Assembly (NCBI GenBank): GCA_012026655.1
Contig: JAAILG010000009.1
Span: 124,001 to 188,000 of the forward strand
Source: Hydrolagus affinis
Lineage: Eukaryota
DNA length: 64,000 nt
Direction: 5' to 3'
The notes beneath the pieces are model-generated. The model was not told the origin of the DNA and made no database searches. It was given only the letters and a program-made list of their open reading frames with translations. Below are positions 28,201 through 40,200 of the stretch, piece by piece; within the stretch, counting starts at the first letter, position 1, and each line of letters opens with the position of its first letter. Position numbers and translations under genes: made by a program.

Positions 28201-31200
28201 GCTATTGAATCCTGCTGATACTGTTGACAAGAGTATAGAAGACAATACACAGTAAAGAAGGGACTGTATCCTCAAGAATGAGCTCAATGTGATGCAACAA
28301 TGGTATGCATTTAGGAAGAGCCATTTAGAAGAAACTTCTCAAAGTGCTTCAAATTGGAGTCCTGGACAACTAGTGAAAGTATCAAAGAAATTACCTTCAT
28401 CGTATCTTGGAGATATCCCAAATTGACTGTATTAATTCTAAAATGGAATGCCTATTTTGTAGGCAAATGTGTGTGCCAATTTATTCACAGCAATGTGCCA
28501 CAAATGCTCACAAAGTCTCACCTGAGCGAGACTGACACACTTGGATTTGTTGAGCTGGTCTCAGATTGACCTTATAAGGCTGAGTGATTAAAACTTTTCC
28601 CCCCCAAGTCTGAGCAGGCAGCATTTATCACTTTGCAGGTAGACAGATGTTAGGTAATGTGGTTGAATGCTCTCACTCAGCAACTATCTACTACATGTCA
28701 TTAGGTGTGTTTGTTTAACTAAGTCCAGTTGGTGGGTGTGGGGGAGGGGCAGTTCTCTGACTAGCACCAGGTGAATGAGTCACTGGACATAAAGCATCCT
28801 ACCTGCAGAAGTTGCAGATACTCTGTATTGATACTTTAGATTTGTCTGTGAGGTAAACCTCAGTTTTCATATGAAAGGAGTGATTTTGTTCTTTCAGGGG
28901 ATTTGTCGAGTAAAATTCTACCTGAGTCTAGATGTATTTGATTTGTGTGGTGATTTCGGAGTCACAGAAGAATTTGGCAAATTGTTGATTTTGGTTTCTT
29001 TCAAGAATTCGATTTCTTTCAAGCGGGTTTCAACTTTGAAGCCTCCTTGAACCAAACCAAGTCAAATCCGTCACAAGCCTCTCTCCGAGCCACAGTTTCA
29101 AGGCACTAAAAAAAATGCAAACAGAAAGAGCAGTGTGGGTTTTGCTAAGAGCTAACTATCATGTTTTACCTGTGTGCATGTGACAATTTTTAAATGAAAG
29201 GGGTAAGCATCCAGAAAGACAAGGGGTAATTATTCATTAATGCAACTAATTCAGAATGATTTCAAATACACTGAATTTTAAATGGAATGACAACCAGAGA
29301 CAATTCATCCTGATTTAAAGCTTGGCAGCCATTCATCGCTTTATCCTCCAATAATAACTGCAGTTTTCAGAGCAAGTATAATTTAGCTGGAAAAGAACAG
29401 ACCAGAGACTGGAATGTAAAACAATCTCTAATGCACAACCCAGACCGTGACAACAATGAGGGCTTTCAGTGATGCTCTAAAATATAGTCACTAGCACAAA
29501 ATACTCTTGCTAAACAGACTATTGATATGCACTATGTGAGGCCTGACCTGATTGGGCAAGAATGCACATTATTTACTGATTAAAATGTCAAATAAGTCTT
29601 TCTTCGGCCAAATTTCTGCTGCATTTCTACAAAGTGCAGTTTGTATAATATGAAACTTTTCTGAAGCTCTCTTTGTAATCATATGGTGAAACACCCCATG
29701 ACCATAGAAGCTGGGGAGGGCTGCTTCTTACAGTCGGAATCCAATAAGGGTTTTAAAAGTGGAGATGGTGGAGCCCCACCCCAAGCCTTTGAACTCACAG
29801 ACTAGGCTCCAATCCCAATGCATTGCTGGGGTAGTGCTGCATTTCTGAAGGTACTGTTTGGATGTTCCTATGGTGGAAGGACAGCAGTCCAGCTTAGTCT
29901 CTTTATTAGGTAACAATAACAATAATCATTGCATTTGATGCAGCGCCTTATCACATTGTTGAGATGTCTCAAAGTCACATATTATAAAGTGGTTTAACTG
30001 TGTATTTTGTGAGCGAAGCATTGGAATCCGTTAGAAATTAACTCACATCAGTCTCCAATTTCCTTGCTTTCCAAGTGACCCTTTATCTCCATTTCAAACC
30101 TCAGGGGCCATTAATTTTGCCTAGTTTGAGAGATCATTCTATTGTTTGCAACATTTGTCATTGTGCAGAATAAATTCTGGTATCTTCTTAAATTCAGCCT
30201 TAAACCATGAAGCTATTCTTTAAACGTTGCAGGGTTTTTTTTCAAAAAAAGAACCTATGGAAAAAACACAACTTCAAAATGTTGCGTGAAATGGTTTAAG
30301 TCTGGAACCAGATGGAACAAATTCTGCATTGATAGCCTTATTATGTGGTTAGCCTACTCCACATTCTCACAACCCGTTGAGCGAAGACATGTTTTCTGGA
30401 TTGACTTTTTAACTAGCAGAACTGTAATTTACAGAATACGTACTCCCTTTCTTTGATCGCCTATCAGAGGAAAAATCTGTTGTTAATATTTCTAAGCGCT
30501 CTGAGAAGCTACCCTGCGTGGAGGTGCAATGTAAGTGCAAGTTGTTGTTATTGTAGGAGCAGAATTGGAGGCTCGTGAAGAATAAACACCAACATGGACC
30601 AGTTTGGCTGAACGGCCTGATTCTGTGCTGCGTTGTTTAATGTGCCTTCCTTCTCGTGGAATTTATCACTTCTTGCGATAAAAAGCAAGAAGTGATAAAT
30701 TCTTGCGTTATCAGATTTTCAACAGTGAATAGCTGTGGCTGAAGACGGGTGCCTGCGTTTTTTTTAAAGAATGAGTTTGTCTGAGTTCTGTCATCCTAAT
30801 CCCAAGCTGCTGAAAGACGGTGACAGAATGCACAGTGATTCAAGGCATTTTAGTGGACCTGCTTGGTGCCACTTTAGTAACCTGAGGGCAATAGTTTTGT
30901 AACTCTTTTGATGACAGCAAACTGTTGCAATTTGTGATTTAACCACAATGAGTCAAAAGCCATTTTCCTGCAGCAATCATCGTTGATCAGAAGGGTGTGT
31001 GTATGTTTACCAATACATTCTGCAATCTTCACGTGAACCATTGAAAGAACGTAAAGACCCCACAGTGAATGGCTGGGGATTGAGATAATTTTTATTGCTA
31101 ATTCACTTGGCATGCTTCAAGCGCACCGTGGTTCGTGAGAAACGACACAGTGAAAGCTCATCAAGTCAATGTAGAGGTCATTGCAGTAGACTGTGTAGAA

Positions 31201-34200
31201 GATTTCAAATGGGATTGAAAAAGAAAAGTCAGATCGATCCTTTAGGATGCACCAAGATATTACGATAACAACAACAAAATTACACTTGTATAGCGCCTTT
31301 TACGTCAGGAGGACGTCCCAAGGTGCAACAACAAATATTAGTTTCAGAGTTGCAAAGGGTAATGTCAAGACAGACACCAGGATGTTTTTCTTTACCCAGA
31401 TGGTAATTAATAACTGAGACAGATGCTAGGAAAGGTGGTTGAGGCCAGAACAGGACCTTGGTTTGTGTGATGGACAACACTTCCGACAATGCTTTCTGCC
31501 AGCAGTTTAGCGTTGGGTTTTTAAACCTACATATAATTTATTGTTCATATGCTTTTTTTTACACAAAAGTATATTATCTTCATTGAAACACGGTTTGGCA
31601 ATACAGTATTTTCTTTTGATCCTGTTTCTTTCAACCAATCGGCATCAGTTAGTTGACTGTAATTGCATTACTGGATTACCTGATGTTACCTTCTCTGTTC
31701 CTTCTACCTTTTCCTTCTGCTTTACAAACAATTGTGGTGATGACAAAGACTCTTTAAAGGCCCCACGTAGAACCTAGTTTGCAAGGCTGTCTGTGATCAC
31801 CTTGTCTGCTTCTCAACCATTGATTCCGCTCCTGATTCTGCAGCGCCTTGGGAAGTCCTCCCGACGTGAAAGGCGCTCTATAAATGTAATTTGTTGTTGT
31901 TGTTGTTGCAGGGATTTTGCTAAAAAAAATGTTAACACTGTATATATTTCTTGTACTACGCAGAATTCACAATCGCTGGACACCTGCATTCAGAGCACTC
32001 TCTCAGCTCTGTATCCTCCGTTCGAAGCCACTGCTCCCACAGTCCTCAGTCAGATTTTCCATCTCATCGAGGCATTTTACAAGGGAGATGGGCTCCGTTG
32101 TTTACTGGATTTCTTGATCCCTGCGAAACGCATTCTGGAGACAGTGCAACAAGACGCTTGCGTAAGTGTGATTTAGAACTGAGTCACCCACTCAGACTTA
32201 AATATCATGATCATATGTCTGTCTAATTGTTTGCCCTGAGGCAATAGATACTGTTAATAAGGATTAATAAGGGATTGAGCATGAATTATGACTGTCTGAA
32301 TAAATCGGATGCTTTCCAGTATAATTTTTCTTTTGGAAATTCCCTTTATTGTAGATCTCCCACATAGTGCACTGGTTTTGACCATATTAGTGTGAAAAAT
32401 GTGTTGTTTCAACACAGATAGGAAAATTGTCAAATGATGTCTCCCCACTACATGAGTGCTGTCATCCTAAAGATTAAATCTGTTATCAAACATCACATTT
32501 TCACCCTGTTGTTCTCCCAAATCTTGCCTAAAATGCTCTTTGGTATATATTCACACAACCGATTGACATTGCAACCTTTAGATTATGATAGATATTCAAT
32601 AATGAGCTCGCAAACTACATTTAGCTGAATAATTAATAAGTCAGAAGTATTTCTAAAGGTGAAAATTGGGGACACAAATCTGCTTTTATAGTCTATCGAA
32701 CACCACTAAGAGAGCAACACAATTGGACATGGGTTCAGAGTTATAAAGAATGATGGGTGTCTACACGTGTCAGACATCCCACTGAGCCCCCGCCAAAAAT
32801 TGTAAAGGGCAATTTCAGCACAGATACAAGAACGTTTGGACATCAAGTGAGTGCTCTTATGGAAGCAAATGTGGTAGCTAATTTGCACAAGCAATGACCT
32901 CACAAACACAAGATTGAAGTGAGTTATTTAGAATAGTTGGGGTGAAATTTAATATGGACAGAATGTAAGCCAAGATAACTATGAGGAAACTAGATTACTC
33001 AAAGGAACAGTCCGTATTACTATAAACTTGGCAAAACAAACTCCCGTAGAGGTAATTAGGGAGGAATTTGGCTTTCAAACAATTGGTACTTGAAAGGCAT
33101 ATACCTACACAAGATATACTGCAGCACATTTAGTATAGCTCATACTGGGTTTGCGTTATGCCACCTCCTGCTTAAAGACCAATACTTGAGTGGTAGTGCT
33201 GGCACTTGAGTGTTTCTCTTAGTGTAACAACAATAACAAAAGTGCATTTAAAGAGTGCCTTTCACGTCAGGAGGACGTCCCATTCAGTGAGTAGTGGGGC
33301 AAGGAGGTGGAGCTGGGAGGTAAGTAGAGGGGTGGAGATTGGGTACATGGAGCAGGTGGTGGGCTTCATAGTGGTTATGGTGGTGACAGAGGAACAGAGG
33401 AAGGTGAATAAGAAGGGATGGGTAGGAGTTAGAGTGTGATAGGGAGATGGGAGAGGGGGTGGATGTTGAAAGGACAGTGACAACTGAGCAGATTCCCTCG
33501 ATTTTGGACTCGAGGAAATTGAGGTAACCTGAGTTTGCTGTTCAAATTGAGATGTCTAGAAGACGTGAAAAGCGCTCCATCAAATACAGCGATTATTATT
33601 ATTATTCTTCAAAAAGAGAAGGGAGTTTCTCCCAATGACTTGGCCAACGATCCCACCTAAATAAATTTGGTGACTCCTTCCATGCCTTTCTGTGGGACAT
33701 TGATGTGCACAACTGGCTGCCATATTTTGCCAATAAAATACAGTGATGCATTTTACAGTATATCCTCTGGAGTGCTTTGAGACGTCTTAATGACGTAACA
33801 AGATGCTATATCAAATGCAAAGATCATTATTATTACACTTTACTCTGTGGGGAGAGCAAACGATTTTTAAAACACAAAGATTTTTAGCAGCATTTCTTAC
33901 ATGATAGACAGCCAAACTACTTTGTCTGGTGAAGTAGTGATTGGTCATTGTGATTAAAAACCCAAAGGAATGTGACAATGGATAACAGAGAATGCCTTAC
34001 GACTGTAATAGTCTGTGTATTATGTCCTGGCACCACAGTCGAAATTAATCAAATATTGAGTCTGTTGTTGACGAAGGTGCGGCTGGTAAAAGATACAATA
34101 CAAGCGATATTCATGAAATAGGAGCATGATATGATTTATTGCTGTGCTAATGGCCATAAATAAACAGGAGAAGATCAATCTATTGACATCCATGAGGGTT

Positions 34201-37200
34201 TCTTGAAACTCAATCCTTTTGTACATAGAAGCAGAAATTCCAGGAAATACTTGTAGAAACAGATAGCAATTGGATGGGTCCAGACTTGGGCACATTAACA
34301 AAGAAGAGCCTTGTTAAAGCACTCACCAGAGGACCTGGGTTCGATTCCCAAGCTGGGCGTATCCTTAGGCAAGTTTCCTTACTCCACTCGCCTCTGTTTA
34401 TCTAGCAGTAAATAGGAATCCGGTTGTTAGTTAATTGCTAGATGGATGGCTTTCTGGGGGTAATAATCCCTTAATTTAAGACTTCCTGTTATGGAAAAAA
34501 TCTCGGCATTTCCCACTTGTTAATAAGCCTTTGGTGAGCTATCAACTGATCCACAAAGCAGTCTGAGGGCATTTAATGTCACTGAGAGGTTTCCAGATTG
34601 CTGCCCCCTCTCTTCAGCCATGGGATTGCAGTAAACCTCACACGTCGTAGCTGTTGGGACCATACATTTAATATGACTTTTGCACATGTTATGTCAAACT
34701 TGCATAGAATGTAAACTCTTGAACTGGAATTGGGCGAATATATGACTTAGGTGATTAGACGATTTATACAGATCAGACTTATGCAAGTTTTACTGTACTA
34801 CGAAGGGTTGAGGACTGAATTTTAGCGAAGGAACAAAACATTGAAGAAAAACCTTGTTTTCAGTGTTTTCCACTGAAACACAATTTATCACCAGAAGTAG
34901 GCAGATGAAAGTGAAAGGTTATTACTATTATTTTCTGATGGATGGATATTTGAAAACTTTTTCATAATTAGTTACAATGGAATCTGCTCAAATTGTCGGT
35001 CTCCTAAATCATTTGCCAGGAAACACAGACAGATTTAATTACGAGTTCACAGCTGACTGCTTTTCGTGATGTATTTTTTATTGGAAGTGTCACTGGAAAC
35101 AATAAAGCGAAGCACTTGACTCTTTCAAACCAGACGATTGCTCGCTGAACCAGGTCAATCCTTATTTCCTGACCTGAAACAATTTATAGTTACTACTTTA
35201 TTCTTTTGAGGTTGCATTATTTTTAGGCCCCCTTGTACCTCTAGTGTGCGGACCCAGAGGCAGAATGAACTAAACCTAAAAAGCAGAGTAAAGTAGGCAA
35301 ACAAGAGGAAGTTGACTGGACTTCTGCCAGTCTACAGTCTTTTACAATACAAAAATAATCTCAATGGTCCTTCTTCTTCCTCTCCTTGCTTTTTTTCTGT
35401 GCCTTTTTTTGTTACTTTTAATTACTTTTTAAGTTTTAAAATTTGTTTTCATTATATACTGATCACAGCTGCTGCACTGTCTGGGACTGTATCCTAGAGT
35501 CTCTCTGACCCACACTATCCCTTACCTTGTTCAAAGTCTGTCTCAAGACCATGGTTTGGGTCAATTTCTCCCCCCACCCCCACACCCCCCACCCCCCACA
35601 GGATACTTTGTGAAGCGCATTGAAACATCTCACAGATGTGATAAGGCGCTATATCAAATACTGTACAAAGATTATTATTCATGTCGTCTAAAGGTGGTTC
35701 TTTTTAACAATTGCAGAAAAACGGCTGTCAAATTAAGACTCAATTTGAGAATTGTCCACAGTTCTGTGCATTGTGTAATATTGAGAATAGGTGGGAATTG
35801 TGGGTTTTGAATGAATTCAGGTTCACGCTTGGCTATGATGCCCCACCCCATGGTTGGATAACCTGCCAAAGTACATTGTCTAAACTCCCACATAAAGAAT
35901 TAAGCTTTTGCTGAGCAGCTGGCAGGATGATTAATGCCAATGGAACTGTACCCTGGAATGGGTCAGAGCTTTCACAGCGGGTTGGGAGAGAAGTTATCAC
36001 ACAGTGAGGTATGGTTAGCAGGTAGGTTGATTGGTAAAAATGTGCCATGTCACTCCCAGGGGGAAGGTTGCAGCTCTGTGATTGACACTAAGAATTGACA
36101 TGCTTGAAGCAAGCCATTGTGTCATTGTGGTTTACAACCCAATTTTCAGTATTAAACTCTCTCAACTTAGATGATAAAAAAAAATCCTTGCATTTCAAAC
36201 TTCACATCAGCGAGATATCTCTAAACAGGATTGCACGACTATGAAGTGCAGTGACTGTGTATTCATAGTTGAATGCTGACAAGCATGCTGAAAGTCAAAA
36301 GCAATGCATCCACATATGCAGCACCAATGGTGCAATGATTGTCCAGCGCCTTGTGACGTCCTCCTGACGTGAAAGGCGCTTTACAAGTGTAATTTTGTTG
36401 TTGCTGCACTGAATAGAACTGCAGCAGACAGACAGGTGCACTGAATAAAGCTACAGCAGACAGAAGATTCAAACTCGCTAGTTTGAATTCCTACTGGGTT
36501 TTGCCGGTCTCGACCGTGTGGGAAATGTTAATCTGTCCCTTCCTAGGGTCGCGGAGGTTGAAATCAGCCTGTTTTACTGATCCTGGTCCCTCTTGAGCAC
36601 CCTCTTCAGGTGTTGTGCCTGTGTGGCATTCAGGACGAGGAGAGGAGCGTGCGTGTGTGGCTGGGCTTGGGTTGCGCACTCGTTGTCAGATTTCCCTTTG
36701 GTGGGCACCCGAGGGCAACCAGAGCAGAGATGAATCGGGTCCGCAAAATACTTTAAAAAATAAATACTTGCTTACATTATCCCGATGAATCACAAACAAG
36801 CATTTTCACTCCAGCAGTGCAACTGCTTCCTTTTCCCACGGTTTCTCTTTCTGATCTCAGAGCATGATTTCCAAATTACTACCAGATTTGAATTTTCCTT
36901 GTACAGTACTGTGAACTCAATGCCCACCCCCGCTGGGAGTCAGATATCGATTGTGGAAAGCGAATTCATCATTAAGGCTTTTTAATAACTTTCAGAGGGG
37001 AAAAAAAACCACTCAGCTCAAACAGTCGACAAACAGTCAACATATTTATTACGTCCCGCACCTCCAGATTTCTTTGTACAGGAGGTGAGAGCGTCTTGGA
37101 AAAGCACTTGTGTGTTGGCGCATGATCAGGAAAATACTGAATGCAGTCATTGTTGGCTGTGGGACTTGCAGCTGAACCATTTGGGAACGGGTTTCAACAC

Positions 37201-40200
37201 TTCTCCTGGTCGGGGGGTGGGGGGGAGGGGGGGTGGGGGGGGAAGAGGTTGGGGGAGGGGGTGGACATTCGAATAAAATGCACATGATCTGGGTGTTTAT
37301 TTTAACTCCTGCCTGAATGACTCACCGCAGAATTGTCTGTGCAACATCCCACAACACTCTCCAAAGCAGAAAATGCCACTGAACTTTTCTGAAAGCTTCT
37401 CTGGGCCTCAGTTGTTTTTTCTATAAACTTCATGAGAATTTTCGTTCTTTCATAAGGACTCAATCCATTCCAGGAGTAGATTGTGTTGAAATTCCTACAG
37501 GTCCGTTTTGCCCACAATTAATTCACTTTACAATATATTCCGTGAAATACTTTGTGATGTATCATTGACTTGATAACGTGCTTAATCAAATGCGAGGAAC
37601 ATTGTTATTCTAATTACTACTACTCTCCTTTGGATTTCGCCATTTGTATTTATTATTGAGGAGTTCCGTTAAGAGGTAGCGCATGGAAATTGGCCACTTG
37701 CGAGGAGCGTGGAAAGCGCTCTCGGAACCACACACTGCTTTTGAGGCAGCAACATCGGGAAATGAAAGCAGAAAATGAGAGCAGGAAAGGTTAACAATAA
37801 AAGCACCGGGTGATCAGGGGCAAACATGTCACTGACAATTCAGACTCTCAGGAGTGTTCAGTTTGCAACCAGGAAATCGGATATATGCAGCAGATGATTT
37901 TTAAAAAATTTGGCCATTGATAACATTGGAACAAAAAAACATTTGTTTTCATTGTTCATAGCAATGCAGTGTATATTCTGGAGGGATTTGAAGGTTCCTT
38001 TTTAATCTGTGTGCTAAGGTTATTCAGTTGTGAGTTTTTAATTTGAAACAGAAACTTCTCTTTTCTTTAGCAACTCTTTTTCGGAGTGGGCATGCACATT
38101 ACATTAATAATAATAATAGTCCTTGCATTTTTATAACAGTTCTTTGGAGTTTTCAGTAAAGTGCAGTGAATGTGTATTTCGAGGTGAACACGGTAGCTAG
38201 TTTGCACACAGATACGTCCCATTTTATCAGATACGTTGAAATTTTATCTGGAGGATTGTTGAGAGAAACTCCCTTCTCTTTTCCACTAGTACCATGGGAT
38301 CTTTATTATGCAACTGAATAAGCAGAGTTAATGTAATATCTCTCCTCTGACAATGCAGCTCTCTCTCTTTCTTTCCCTCCCCCCTCCCCACCTTCCCAAC
38401 ACCCCCAGGGGCATTAGAGTGTCAGTGCAGTTCAAGAGCTCCAAAACGTATTTGAATCTTCATCTGAGGATCTCTGTCATGTTTGGAATAGGCTTTATTG
38501 TACAATTTGTTAACCTTTTTCAATATGAATTTAATGTGTCCTGATTAAAGTTGGCTTGATGTCCATCAAGATCAGGCTAGGCTTAGGCATGCTTAAAGCA
38601 CATGTACTTTGCTGATTCTAAATCCTCATGTTGCATAGCCCACAATTACAGGCCGATCCTCCTCTTTACTTCAATGCTGTTCACACAGTCCTCGCGGCTG
38701 ATAATTCACCTTCTCCTTGTACAGTCATTTCAGATGTATCCAGACATTTTTGTAGTGATTGATTTTCGTGCAGAAATGCCCTGTATTTATCAGTGAAAAT
38801 TAATAAAAGCAAACAATTTTAATGCTCCTTGTCCATTAGAAACAAACCTACTGAAATAACACAGTAACAGCTTATTTATAAGTACTGCATCATACTATCA
38901 TTCCTATTAATACAGCATGTCTGTTTTCTGCCCTCAGGCTGGATATTCAAGCCGGCTGTTCCGTCATGAAGGCTGGCCTCTGTGCCTCCATGAGAAAGTA
39001 GTGATCCAACTGTCCTCTTTCAATGTCTTTCTCCTGCGGCCCGGTGACTTTTATCTACAAATTGTACCTCGCGGACAACAGTCTGCGCGGATTGTGCTGA
39101 AATACCTCAGCAAAGATCTCTGCACAGTGGAGGAGCAACGATTGCCGGAGATCTCCTACACCAGCATATTCACTCTGGGATGGCTGGAGCGGATCAACAG
39201 TAAGCGCTCTGGCACGCCATTACATACTTGCCTGTTAGCCACGGACAATGGGGTTGTGAAATTGCCTTGGGCTCAAATAGTGACACCCGAATTTGTGAGC
39301 AAACTCAAAGTATCACCTCTGCACAATACTTCATCCACTCAAGCAGCGACGGATGAGTGCGGGGTTGTGAGGATGACAATGGACGCAGTCGCGGAGAATA
39401 ACTCTACGGTTCAAGGCGGCGAGGAGGACATAGCTGTGCAAGATGATAAAAGTGCAGTGAGCAACCTCGCTCCAAAAGACAGTGCAAAATATTCAAAGGA
39501 CCAGTCTGTGAGGTTGGAAACGGTCTGCCCGAATCCATGCGAAGTGCCGGACGAAGATCTGGAAGGAGATTATGTGGATCTAGTGATGTTTTCGAAAGAT
39601 AATTGCACCGGCCAGGTCACACAACCCCCATACAAGAATGGGGGTGCAGTCTCGGCCGTTTCAGCAAACAGCACATGGGCATGTGGGAGGACAATACGGT
39701 TTGCTGCAGAGCCTTGCTCTCCATGCTTAAGTAGAAGATCAAATCAGGAGTTAAAAAATCAGGAGATGAAATGCCGCTATCGGGAATCCTACATAGAAGC
39801 TCTGCAAAACCCGGTGAACTTTGATTTCAATTTAGCTGCAGCGGTGACAGAAACATCTCAAGAGAAGAAGGAAGAATGTACGACTGAACAGCAAGACACT
39901 TCCAGCTCAAAGAACATTGGCAGCCGCAGGCAATGCCGGGAACCAAAGAGTTCCAGCAGATCTGTTGAAACATCAACGAGTAGGTCACCAAAGAAAGGTG
40001 AATTATTGGAATATCTTCGTCCACGTTCCACTTTGTTAAAGGAACAGCATCAATCTGCGGCCAAACATATCGTTTCGCCTGCGGTGCCTCAGAAGGGAAA
40101 TCACATACGTACACGGTCCTTAATCAACTCCAATCATTTGCTACATCCCAATGGTCAAAGGTCAAGTTTGCCTCATATGGACGTTAGCTCTTCAGCGGAA

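Noticed and set aside
28300-28308. Alternative ATG|gtatgc first-exon candidate
   Set aside because: No promoter-like context and next to repeat-derived sequence; cannot be supported without transcripts
31793-31963. N-terminal extension of the 127-aa ORF with poly-Cys
   Set aside because: Derived from an L2 tail and its (TTG)n repeat; the real exon starts at the acceptor at 31964
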